Part shown: in pieces, positions 48,528-58,800 of the stretch
How positions within the stretch are numbered: position 1 is the first letter of the stretch
Layout of the letters: each line of letters opens with the position of its first letter
Virus record (IMG/VR): IMGVR_UViG_3300020460_001009
DNA from: an uncultured virus (IMG/VR IMGVR_UViG_3300020460_001009)
Taxonomy: Duplodnaviria > Heunggongvirae > Uroviricota > Caudoviricetes
Strand: one strand, 5' to 3'
DNA: 63,798 nt
Position numbers and translations under genes: made by a program
Notes under the pieces: model-generated
The model's database searches: none
What the model was told of the DNA's origin: nothing
The model's input: the letters and a program-made list of their open reading frames with translations, nothing else

Positions 48528-51131
48528 TCAGTTTATCAACTTCAATAATTTTTTACTAAAATAATCGTAGTCCAAATCAGACTTATCAAAATTTAATAAG
48601 TATTCGTGTGTTTCGGCATATAACTCTTTAAGTTTTTCTTCATCTTTAAGTTTTTCCTCTACTTCCGATAAATCTGTAAAAAACATAGGATAATCATTTC
48701 CAACATACTCAAAAATCGCAGGAAGTTTTTTCACAAAAAACGGAATGTTTGCTGATATCATTTCAAGAACTGCATTGTTTGCAGACGCATCTATTAAATC
48801 AATCAAAACAATATTTGTTGTAATTAAATTATCATACTTTTTAAAACTCTTGGTAAACATCATTTCCACCGAATTTACATCTACATCCAAATTGAGCATC
48901 TTAATTTCTTCGTCTCTTCGGTGATACATTAATTGTTTGTCGGGATGACCATACATCCACACCTTATCATACGAAGACTTTAATTTGTATATAGATGATA
49001 TGCTTCTCATTTGTTGTCCAAGTGCAATTACTTTTTTGTTTGGATTTTGAAGAAATTTATTCATTTCAAACTTTTTTATGTTGCCAATAACGGGATGTTT
49101 CAATGTTATTATATTAACACTATCATCAAGTTTACTTTCTATATATGCTTTCATATAATCACTTAAAACTACTAATGCTTTGCAATATTTTAAACTATTT
49201 AAAAAGTTTTCACTTTCGAGCAATTTATCTATGTGGCATATTTGTAAATGTGGAGGTGTATTTGGAGTCATGTGTGAAATTCCAACCCACTCACGTTCAA
49301 TTACATCTCCACGATCCCAAACAAAATATTTTTCTAATATATCAAGAAGTGCAATTCCACAATCTTTTCTTAGATATTTATTTTTAAGCATATATTGTAG
49401 CAAGGATTTCCAACCACCACGATGTGCAGATGATTCACCATTAAAATATGCCCAATCATAAAGTTCATACGCATTAAATAATCTAAACATTGTATCACAA
49501 TTTGCCAACCAATACTGATGACCACCAAATGAGTCTGGACTATAAACTCGTTCCTCAGAAAACTTTTTTGCAGTTTCTGCATCGGCAACTTTACCAATAT
49601 TAAAATCTAACATTGTCTTGCTGAAATAAACGTCCTCTGGTGGATTATCAAGTTTTGTACTTTCAATATATCGTTGTGTGTCTTCGCTTAATTCCAACTC
49701 ACTTGGTTTTATAGTCTCAAGGCACTTAATAAGTTTGCTTTTTTTTCTAAAAGAAAATCCACCGTTTCCCACACCAACTGAATTGTCTGTTTGATTTGGT
49801 AACCAGGGTGCTCCGATATAATCATAATCTAAAAATTCGTTTAGTTGATCATGGAATAACATAGCATCTTGTTGATAAATTAGTATATTTTCCTCATCAA
49901 AACTATTCCAAAAATCTTTACTTAAAAATAAATTGTTATATGAATTTTGAGTAAACTTTTCCAAGTCCACACTAACCACTTGTATACTTTCATTTATTGT
50001 ATAACAAAATTCTTGCATAGATTTTAAAGAAGTTGATGTACATACTATTCTTATTGCAAATTGAGGAAGTTTATTCATTACATTTCTTATAACGAACTCA
50101 ATGTGTGGCAAAATTCTATCTTCCGGAATAATTACAACAGAATCGGTTTTTATTGGGAGTATTTTATTTTTTGTTTTTTCTCTTAACTCATCAGTTTGAA
50201 GAAAGCATACAAATGAATGCATTAATTTTGGATTGTTGGAAATTTCTTCGTATTTTGTTTCTAAATTTATACTTAGTTTCTCACAAAATTCGTCTAACTT
50301 TTCATCAGAGAATAATGCGTATTTTATATTATGTCTATCTGCAAAATTACAAAATATTTGGTCAAACTTTCTTGATTTATTAAAATATTTTTTGTATCTG
50401 CGTTTATTTTTGTCAACGTACCACATTTTTTTATCATTAAAACATTCTCTGTGATCATGTTGCTCTTGAACATGGTAATTTACAGATAATAAATTATGTG
50501 ACAAATTTTCTTTGTGAGTATTATAAAACCAATTTAAATGACCCTCGTCCCACCATACTGAGATAAAATCATTTTCAAGATCTTTTTCCACATTTTTTTC
50601 CAATGCTAAAAACATTTCTTTGAACTTGCTTGGTTTTGCTCCGAAAAATCTACCACCAACATATTCAGGGTTGACCCATGAGTCGGAAAAGCAAGCAGTA
50701 GAAATTGAGTTTCTTTCAAATGGTTTTTCGTCAATAGATTCATCAAGATGATTGTCGTGTAGTGTAAATGTATAATCATTTTCTAAATTTATATCACTGC
50801 AAGTTATTTGTGTAAAACAACGAGCATTGCTATTTAGAAAAAATACGTAATCGTAATCGTTTATAGCATCGTTTATTTGTTCGTTAAAAATTTTGTATCT
50901 TAGCAAAGTGATATATGGAAATGGCATATCATCAATAACATACTGAGTTACTTTACCTCTTACGCATTTGTAATCCGATAGTTCTTTGTCGGTACAAATA
51001 AAGAAGTGTTTATCGCAGTCAGGAAGAAAATCAAATGCTATGCTTTTTACAAACTGCTTGTAAAACACAGAGTAATTTCCTGTGAATATTGAAAATATTG
51101 CAATTCGTTTTTTTGTATCATCTCCCATCAT
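48528..51131 (-). CDS. Multidomain glycosyltransferase: GT6 + DUF5672 + C-terminal GT-B-like domain
   Basis: IFTGNY, FFLNSN, YVGGRFFG, WDEGHLN (GT6); YQQD, YDYIGAPW, GNGGFSFR, PEDVYF (DUF5672); HRGGW...ANNAVLE...DYPMF. Confidence 0.85.
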   Translation of the reverse strand: MMGDDTKKRIAIFSIFTGNYSVFYKQFVKSIAFDFLPDCDKHFFICTDKELSDYKCVRGKVTQYVIDDMPFPYITLLRYKIFNEQINDAINDYDYVFFLNSNARCFTQITCSDINLENDYTFTLHDNHLDESIDEKPFERNSISTACFSDSWVNPEYVGGRFFGAKPSKFKEMFLALEKNVEKDLENDFISVWWDEGHLNWFYNTHKENLSHNLLSVNYHVQEQHDHRECFNDKKMWYVDKNKRRYKKYFNKSRKFDQIFCNFADRHNIKYALFSDEKLDEFCEKLSINLETKYEEISNNPKLMHSFVCFLQTDELREKTKNKILPIKTDSVVIIPEDRILPHIEFVIRNVMNKLPQFAIRIVCTSTSLKSMQEFCYTINESIQVVSVDLEKFTQNSYNNLFLSKDFWNSFDEENILIYQQDAMLFHDQLNEFLDYDYIGAPWLPNQTDNSVGVGNGGFSFRKKSKLIKCLETIKPSELELSEDTQRYIESTKLDNPPEDVYFSKTMLDFNIGKVADAETAKKFSEERVYSPDSFGGHQYWLANCDTMFRLFNAYELYDWAYFNGESSAHRGGWKSLLQYMLKNKYLRKDCGIALLDILEKYFVWDRGDVIEREWVGISHMTPNTPPHLQICHIDKLLESENFLNSLKYCKALVVLSDYMKAYIESKLDDSVNIITLKHPVIGNIKKFEMNKFLQNPNKKVIALGQQMRSISSIYKLKSSYDKVWMYGHPDKQLMYHRRDEEIKMLNLDVDVNSVEMMFTKSFKKYDNLITTNIVLIDLIDASANNAVLEMISANIPFFVKKLPAIFEYVGNDYPMFFTDLSEVEEKLKDEEKLKELYAETHEYLLNFDKSDLDYDYFSKKLLKLIN

Positions 51132-51132
51132 C

Positions 51133-51141
51133 TATAAATAT
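51133..51141 (-). promoter_or_regulatory. ATATTTATA motif (putative late promoter)
   Basis: 4 nt upstream of the second ATG (51128). Confidence 0.6.
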
Positions 51142-51177
51142 CAAATCAACTTAGATTTGCTGTACTGAAATCGTATG

Positions 51178-51855
51178 TTACGACAACTTGTATCTATCCA
51201 AATAAGTGTCGTGCAAATGCGGATGTTCTTCCGCAAACCAATTTTCAAGTTTGGTTTTGGTCTCGGCGTCTAACTCTTGTTGATGGAATTTGAAATCTGC
51301 TTTACCTTTGGTCAACGAAGGTGCTCCACGTGTCTGAGAACCTACTTTATCACTTCCCCCACTTTCATACAATTTTACCGAAATATCACGATGTTCCTTG
51401 ACATCAATATCATCCCATTCGTTGCGTACTTCAAGAAAGTCCAAGAATTGCTTCATATAGGTCGCAGGATCACTTACAAAGTCCTCGTAGTACATAACCA
51501 TCTTATCACCCTCAAATGAATCATAAACGTATAAATTGTCCGTGAAATCACTCATTCTGCTTACCTTCTTGTCAAATGTTCTTCCACGACAATGACGAAC
51601 AAAGCATTCACGATAATCACGCAATACACAAACCAATTTCCGAATGTCTCGTCCTTGTATATCTTCCTCTGATAATTTGTGTCGTTTGTACAAAGTTGCG
51701 TTGGTTTTCTCGGTGCGTTGTTCACCCCAATGGTTCATTTCCACCAAAACGTTTCTTTCACTTGTATTTTCATTTGAAAAATACTCAAACCAATAACGAA
51801 CCCAATTTGAACCAGTTCTTGGCAACGACAATAAACAATTTTTAAACTTTTTCAT
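51178..51855 (-). CDS. Sulfotransferase
   Basis: LSLPRTGSNW, KRH, LRDYRE, YYEDFV. Confidence 0.8.
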   Translation of the reverse strand: MKKFKNCLLSLPRTGSNWVRYWFEYFSNENTSERNVLVEMNHWGEQRTEKTNATLYKRHKLSEEDIQGRDIRKLVCVLRDYRECFVRHCRGRTFDKKVSRMSDFTDNLYVYDSFEGDKMVMYYEDFVSDPATYMKQFLDFLEVRNEWDDIDVKEHRDISVKLYESGGSDKVGSQTRGAPSLTKGKADFKFHQQELDAETKTKLENWFAEEHPHLHDTYLDRYKLS

Positions 51856-51873
51856 ACATAATCTCCTTATTTT

Positions 51874-52695
51874 TTATACAAAGTCCGACAAAATAAACTT
51901 TTTACCTCCATACCACGCACCAAATCTTCCGAAACTGCTTCCGTGGCATCCATAAACCTTTTGAGTTTTTCCAAGCAAAAGCATATCAACCAATCCTTGT
52001 TCGGTTGGTGAGTGACGATGACGATGACCTCCTGGATAAATTTCACCACCTTCCACGTCATCAAAGTCACGATCAATTTTGACCATCACATCCTCATACT
52101 TCATCATAAACTTTTCTTCAGTCCACTTGTTATCGGTTGCAAGTAAAAATCTAGCATTTGAATTTCGTTCAAGTTCCATCTTGATGTTTTGGTCAAACCA
52201 AGTATCTGGACTTTTATCTTGCTCTTTCAAGTCGGTTCGTCTGATATGAAGTCCAATTGTATTTTTCACATCAAGTTTATCCACATACATATCAATTTCA
52301 CTTTGAATATGTGGAAGTGGTTTGATGTGTCGTTTTTGATTGTTTACGTATTCTTGAAATTCTTCTTTGGTTAATTCAAAGTTTCCGTTAATAAATCGTT
52401 CGTGGAACTTGTTGTTTGGATAATTTGCTTTTACCCACAATGTATTTTCATCTGGTTGATATCTTCTACCCGTTTCGTATTGCATATTATCAGGTATTTC
52501 AAACAAGTCTTCAAACTTCTTTTTACCACACGCATCGTCTGGTCTCCATTTCATAATAAACGGAACTTCCAAATATTCCGCAAATGCTGAGTTTGTAACC
52601 CACGCCCTCATTCGGTTTGCAAGACCACTCATAAACGAATGGTAAAACACCGACCTAACCTTACTTGGTAATTTATTTTCAACAATTTCTGACAT
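51874..52695 (-). CDS. Fucosyltransferase-like GT-B protein (GT23/O-FucT-like)
   Basis: SGLANRMR, GLHIRRTD, LATD, DMLLL...GSSFG. Confidence 0.8.
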   Translation of the reverse strand: MSEIVENKLPSKVRSVFYHSFMSGLANRMRAWVTNSAFAEYLEVPFIMKWRPDDACGKKKFEDLFEIPDNMQYETGRRYQPDENTLWVKANYPNNKFHERFINGNFELTKEEFQEYVNNQKRHIKPLPHIQSEIDMYVDKLDVKNTIGLHIRRTDLKEQDKSPDTWFDQNIKMELERNSNARFLLATDNKWTEEKFMMKYEDVMVKIDRDFDDVEGGEIYPGGHRHRHSPTEQGLVDMLLLGKTQKVYGCHGSSFGRFGAWYGGKKFILSDFV

Positions 52696-52718
52696 TTTAC
52701 ATTGCCTCCCTTAAATTA

Positions 52719-52749
52719 AATTAATTTCATTTATAAATAGAAATTAATT
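52719..52749. promoter_or_regulatory. Near-perfect AT-rich palindrome containing the motif, at the structural/glycan block boundary
   Basis: aattaatttc-atttataaat-a-gaaattaatt; minus strand reads CTATTTATA, then a GGGAGG SD. Confidence 0.55.
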
Positions 52750-52768
52750 AATACTTTTTATAAAAAAA

Positions 52769-53947
52769 TTATAGATTTTCCAATCCGAGTTTCAACTCAT
52801 CAAATTGTTGAATATTCGCACCAATCGACTCGTATAATGAGAACGGTATTTTACATGCAAACGGATAGTCCTCTCTGCGTGAGTTGTAACACTCCACCGT
52901 GTTACATTTATCCTCAACTAACCACTTATATATTATCAGAAAATCTGCCCAATTTATATCAACCGATGAATCTACACACATCTCATCAGTACCACTACAC
53001 GCAACATCCGAATCCGGTGGACATACCGGGGAATGTCCCATTGAAAACCTAAACCCCAACGGGGCCATTGTTGAATAGTAACTACCCAATGGCCATTCCA
53101 GTGGTTTTCTGCTCCAATCAATTCTAGATGACCACGCATAATATATAAGTGCATCATTTGATGACAAAACACCATCTGCATCAAAATCCGCACACGGCAT
53201 CACTGGAAACTTAACATTATCAAACTTAAATCCTGGAGGAGCCATTTCGGTGTAATACTCAATATCAGACACCCCGTCTGGTTTTGAATCCCAATCAATC
53301 ATTGAAGCCCACGCATAATAAACAAGTGCATCCTTCGATGAAAGACGGCCGTCACCAGTATAATCATCATCACAACATTCCCCTTCATTGCACGTATAAT
53401 TCGCAGTTACCAAATTCGGAACACGTTCTGCATACGGATATGTAAGTCTATTCAAATTATATTCCGATGGTGTTGATGGACCTCTCGTATACCCCCCTTG
53501 CAAACAATATCCGGCAAGAATGTCACGATCTAATTCAGAAACTCTACCATCCTGATCAAAATCCGACGTATGTTCCGCAGTCAAATCCACCGAGGACTCC
53601 AATATAGGGTCCTCCTCGGTTTCCAATATCATCGAACTATTCGGTGAATATTGACCAATTCTAGAAATACGAGACACGGGAAGTCTAACGGCCCGCGGAG
53701 CATATCCCCTATCTTTATTATAATTTTCTATATCCTGGGGTTTTCCCTGCATCAACCAATTTGCACAAATCCTATAATCTGCTCTTGTGATACTTCCATC
53801 TCCATCAAAGTCCTCTATGAACACATTATCAATAACTGACTGATCAAATTTGGTTTTACCGAGCTCGGTTATCTTTATTTCTTCATGCGCCTCAAGCAAC
53901 TCATGGAAATGATTTAGATTCTTTGTGTCCTCGGATAATATTTTCAT
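52769..53947 (-). CDS. Dockerin/EF-hand-like Ca-binding repeat protein
   Basis: DFDGDGSITRAD, DFDQDGRVSELD, DYTGDGRLSSKD, DFDADGVLSSND; start refined to ATG 53947 after the motif and GGAG. Confidence 0.7.
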   Translation of the reverse strand: MKILSEDTKNLNHFHELLEAHEEIKITELGKTKFDQSVIDNVFIEDFDGDGSITRADYRICANWLMQGKPQDIENYNKDRGYAPRAVRLPVSRISRIGQYSPNSSMILETEEDPILESSVDLTAEHTSDFDQDGRVSELDRDILAGYCLQGGYTRGPSTPSEYNLNRLTYPYAERVPNLVTANYTCNEGECCDDDYTGDGRLSSKDALVYYAWASMIDWDSKPDGVSDIEYYTEMAPPGFKFDNVKFPVMPCADFDADGVLSSNDALIYYAWSSRIDWSRKPLEWPLGSYYSTMAPLGFRFSMGHSPVCPPDSDVACSGTDEMCVDSSVDINWADFLIIYKWLVEDKCNTVECYNSRREDYPFACKIPFSLYESIGANIQQFDELKLGLENL

Positions 53948-53957
53948 CGTCTCCGAA

Positions 53958-53966
53958 AATAAATAT
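53958..53966 (-). promoter_or_regulatory. ATATTTATT motif (putative late promoter)
   Basis: Upstream of GGAG and ATG 53947. Confidence 0.55.
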
Positions 53967-53982
53967 ATGCCACGAATCAAAA

Positions 53983-55872
53983 TTAAATCAAATCATCAAA
54001 TCTTGGATATTTTAATATAAGATAATCCAAAAAATATTTCGGTGAGTTTGGTTCAGATGGAAAACTTGTAAGTGTTGTCATATTATCCGCAACCCAATAC
54101 CGATATTCGTCATAATCCTGCCAACCCTTTGATACGTTATACTTTGAAACAACATGACCAGAACATCCATCATATGCAATGTATGATCCTGCCAAATTTG
54201 GATACACACCAGATATTGTAAACGAAGTGCGAGTTCTGTGTATAACCTCATGTGGAACTCCACCACCCATTATAGGAAGAATCACATTAGACTTTAATTC
54301 AGGTAAAACTGCACCCACAAGTGACACGGATGAAATCTCCGCCCCACCATCAATACGAATATCAAACGAATCTACGGCTCGTTCGGAAGACGACATTGTT
54401 ACTATTGCGGTCTTGGTCACATCTTGATATCCATATGACCACTCACCAACCGGATTACCATCAATATCTTCCCACAAAATGTTTGAATTTTTTGTTCCAT
54501 CAGAATTCTTGAAACGAATCCTCACAGGATTTTCGGATATGTTTTCAATTGAAATTACGTATCTTTTATTTTCAACCAATTCCAAATCAAGTCGTTGTCT
54601 TATCCAAAACGAGGATGCACCTGCTTGACGTTTTATTACACCCTCACGCAACTTTATCTGATCAAACGAATTATAATCAAGTTTCTCATTTGTATCCGAA
54701 ACCCATTCCGATGGAGTCTCGGTTAAGTATCCAAATTGCAATGAATAAAAATCACCATTATTTAACAACTCCGACGTTCCCTCAACTTCAATTTCCGTTG
54801 TCGTAACTTCTTCTGATATAGTTCCAGATGTTGGACCAAATTCAATTGGTTGGTGGTCTATCGTACGTAGTACCCAATTAGAACCCCACCTGTATAACAT
54901 ATAACGAGTCTGACCTACAAACACCGGTTTTCCATTGCCATCGACATTAAAGTTTTCCGAATTTGTAAAAGTTATTCTCCAATTCCCATAAAAATATCCG
55001 GAATCAATTTCTCCATATGTAGCATCAACATTGACCGACTTCACTTTATGAGTACACCGATTCTTATACGGATTCAAGCATCCAACAACAATCGTATCTC
55101 CCACGACGTCACCATCCTCATTCAACATGGCAAACCAGTCTGCTCTACCATTCCAAGTTCCTGCCGATAGTTGTCTGTTTACATATACCTTATACTCATT
55201 CTCCGAAATTCTCTTAACTGGATTACTCAACACCGAACATACCACGTCGGATAACAACCAGTTTGGTGGTGGGTCTGCACTTATTCCTCCTGTGGCATTT
55301 TCCCGCATACCAAATCGCAATATATGCGGAGCATTGACATCCGGGGTTGGTGTGGGAGTTGGAGTTGGTGTGGGAGTTGGAGTTGGAGTTGGAAGCAACT
55401 CTCCCAAGGAAACCCCACTCAATCTCGTCCACTTGTTGCCGAAACCAATTTCAATGGTGTCCACCTTGTTCCAATCGGTCAACGTGGTAAAGGTTGCCGT
55501 TTGGGTGATGTTCTTGGTTGCAGTTGTTGTAGAATCTACGGCAACTCCGTCAATTGAATTCCAGGTGACGGAGCAATACTTTGTTCCTTGCTTTCTCCTG
55601 AGACGAATCTTAAGAGGTCGATTGAGTTTTAAATTATCAAGTGTTATGCTATATTGAGTTCCTGCCGAGAGTTCGGAGAAACTTTGCCGAAGGAAAATCG
55701 TCCCTGGGTTTGAAGTTCTCTCCAATATACCATCGTCCAGTTTGGACTGACTCCAGTCGTTGGGGTCGATGGCATTTCCTTCATCTGTCCAGTTTGCGGG
55801 AGTCGCAGTAGGATTCTCTCCACTTAAAGTAGAAAACTCACCATTAAGCAACAACTCATCAAATGCACCCAC
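53983..55872 (-). CDS. Putative virion protein with two CBM-like domains and a Pro-Thr linker
   Basis: ELLLNGEF...W and ELLNNGDF...W repeats; PT tract; GTG start 6 nt after GGGAGGG. Confidence 0.65.
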   Translation of the reverse strand: MGAFDELLLNGEFSTLSGENPTATPANWTDEGNAIDPNDWSQSKLDDGILERTSNPGTIFLRQSFSELSAGTQYSITLDNLKLNRPLKIRLRRKQGTKYCSVTWNSIDGVAVDSTTTATKNITQTATFTTLTDWNKVDTIEIGFGNKWTRLSGVSLGELLPTPTPTPTPTPTPTPTPDVNAPHILRFGMRENATGGISADPPPNWLLSDVVCSVLSNPVKRISENEYKVYVNRQLSAGTWNGRADWFAMLNEDGDVVGDTIVVGCLNPYKNRCTHKVKSVNVDATYGEIDSGYFYGNWRITFTNSENFNVDGNGKPVFVGQTRYMLYRWGSNWVLRTIDHQPIEFGPTSGTISEEVTTTEIEVEGTSELLNNGDFYSLQFGYLTETPSEWVSDTNEKLDYNSFDQIKLREGVIKRQAGASSFWIRQRLDLELVENKRYVISIENISENPVRIRFKNSDGTKNSNILWEDIDGNPVGEWSYGYQDVTKTAIVTMSSSERAVDSFDIRIDGGAEISSVSLVGAVLPELKSNVILPIMGGGVPHEVIHRTRTSFTISGVYPNLAGSYIAYDGCSGHVVSKYNVSKGWQDYDEYRYWVADNMTTLTSFPSEPNSPKYFLDYLILKYPRFDDLI

Positions 55873-55874
55873 AA

Positions 55875-58800
55875 TCAACCCTCCCAATCAAGTTGATTGT
55901 AAAAAAATTGTATATATGAAACTATATGATTTTTTCTTCCCATCGGTGATATGTCAGGATCATATGTCAACCACACTCGTTCGGTTGACATATTCGCACC
56001 AGAAACCGAATAGTATTGAGTCTTTCCTGTATACATGAATTCAACCACCTCGGAGTCGTCATCAATTACATGACTTTTAACCACTCGTTTTACATCAGTG
56101 GGTAGTACTCTGAAAACTGAAAAATAACTTCCGAGGCCTTGCTCAGAACCAATGAAATCTATATTATACGATAAACCCTGTGTGGTTTTATCAAACACCA
56201 CACTATCACCAACCGACAATCCGGAAACATCACAATAAATCCGAGTTCCACCAAAACTTGTAAGTTTCGCAGTCAGTGCCGTATATTCATCAACAGTTTC
56301 AGTTGCTTCCATGTTCACAAAAACCGTAAACAACGTACTACTGCTAACTGCCGCCACAAGGAATTCCCCATCTATCTTACCATCTGACGAATTTGAAAAT
56401 GTTACCGTGTCTCCCGCAGTCAACGTGACCTCCCCAAGAGCATAACATGACATAAGACCACGTTGTGACATCATTGTAAAGTTTATGTCTATTACAGTTT
56501 TGTCAAGTGTTGCCAAAAATATCTGCTTCACATTAATTTCAGAATTATATCCCAACTTTAAGTATCGTTGTTCCATTGGGGTTGCATATTTTTTCGGAAT
56601 TATGCAATATCCAGGACTTGCTTCTGGAATCCCACCACCAAGCACCGACTCATTCAAATATAATCTATATTCATCGTTTCCAAGATATTCAATTGGGTGA
56701 TTCTTCGTAGTAATTGTTTTTTCATACATCACATTGGAATCTCCAGACTCCACCAACTTAATTGAAAATATATCAACTGCATCGGTGGCAGGAGTAGGAT
56801 CCGGATACACATTATCTGGCAATTCAGAACAACACGCATCAATGCTCTCATATGAATAATTGGTTATGTCACCCGGAAAAACAGGTATACTTGGATCATA
56901 TTCATTCGGAAATGTAGAAATTTTATAACATGCAGATTCCTCACCATATTTGGCAGATACCACACCACCATACATATACCTTATCATATTAATATGTAAT
57001 GTCTTACCATTAGTAATCTTCTTGAAAAAATCCTCGGTCAGGGGAACTTTCATAATTGGACTCAATAACACAGAACTCATCCTATCACACTCAGTTCCCA
57101 TATCAATAATTGCATAGTCTGGAACCTCTGGGATCAATACTCCATCGGATGCAGTTTCCAGTTTGGTTGTAAAATTATTCCATGCATCCATTGCAGCTGA
57201 CATTGACTCACCATCCAATGTCCTCCGTAGTTCTTCCAGATAATATTGCTCAAACACTCTACCGAATGTGAATAATTTATACCAGTTGGGTATGTATATT
57301 TCCGTATCAAGATTATTAACCCAACCGAATAAGTTTGCAAGAACTTCAGACACACTTGAGAGGGTTTCTGGAATCTGATGTTGGTTATATAACTTAGACA
57401 ATAATTCACCGATCATCGTGGCATCCCCAAATTGGAACTCCGATGTACCGAAAAAAGTATTTGGATTAAATGAATTGGTTTTGCCGATATATTCGATAAA
57501 ACTCATCAAAGCATTTACTATTATCAATTTTTTATACATCACTATATATTGCAAATTGCCTTGTAATATTTGATCTATTGGGTCATCGTTCAATAAATCA
57601 CATTCAAAATTAATTCCAAGATTATATTTTAATGATTGTTGTTTTACATGAACACTTTGAGTATTTCGGCCGTACCTATTAAGCAATGTAGTTAGAGCAT
57701 TGAGTTGCATTGCCCCATCAATAGTTTCATAGTTAACTCGTATAGGTACATTTGATAAAGCATCATGACCTTCCGTCAATGACATATTTCGTATTACATC
57801 AGTTGGTGCTAAACCAATTCTGAATGTACCTGTTGGTGTGGATGTGGATGTGGATGTGAACTCTTGTTCATTGATTTTATACGAAACATTCGCATCTTTA
57901 ACATATCCGTATGAAATAAGTCTTCCATATTGATGTCCCGTTCTTATATGAATCTTACCCAACACACTTCCCTGTATACGGGAACCCCGAATGCTCGATG
58001 AATCCACACGAAGTTTATACGATAACTCATTTGGTGTATTTTCATTTGGTGTGAAATACAAATCATCGGTTACGGAAATTCCACTTCCACCCTCGGTAGA
58101 TAAGTCATACGTGTTTGTATGTTCATCTAAAATATCTCCCTCAATTTTATCACCAACAACAGAAAACTTATATGTAGTTCCTCGCAAAAGAACGAGGTCG
58201 TGAAAAACATGGTCATTTACATAATACCAAGGACCCCACTTGTAGTGACCCTCCTTGAATTCAAGTAATATTTCAACAGGATCACTCGGAACATCCGAAG
58301 TCACGCTAATTTCAGGTAAATCAGATGCGACTGGTATTTTAGATGCGTCAATTCTACCAAATGACAGATATGACGAATATTCATCTGGAGTTTCTGTTTG
58401 CTCCGGTGTCAATCGTGATTTAGGTTGAATTATATGATCAACTGATGTGTCATCAAGTACTTCCTCATCAATTACAACTTCCTCATCAGACACGATAGAC
58501 TTTTCTTCAAACTCAACCGTTATATAATAATCTCCCCCACGCATTTTTCCGTATCCAGACACTAACCAGGAAGCATTGCCTGTGATTCCTGTAAACTCAT
58601 ATCCATGCTTCGGTGATGCTACAAGTTGAACGGATGTTCCGACCTCAACCGTGTACTCCAAAAACTTATCAGATTTTTTCATTACAGAAAGGTCATTGGT
58701 TCTTAATATAAATGAACCACCTGTTTGATTTCTAATATTAAGTTTTCCATATTGCGGTGTGACTGAAACCTCCTCCGTTGCCAAATCCACATCTTGGGAC

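Noticed and set aside
7190..51131. Met-Gly starts as N-myristoylation signals
   Set aside because: Only one fits MGxxxS, the context is prokaryotic, and the fixed spacing to the DNA motif explains the pattern better.
1..52695. Ordinary bacterial O-antigen or capsule locus
   Set aside because: No flippase, polymerase, exporter, initiating transferase or recognisable GT4 in 52 kb, and a phage-like upstream motif. Not formally excluded without the rest of the contig.
55870..55890. Programmed frameshift joining 55875..59114 to the downstream ORF, which lacks an early ATG
   Set aside because: A GGGAGG SD 6 nt before GTG 55872 gives a normal start, and no clear slippery site is present.
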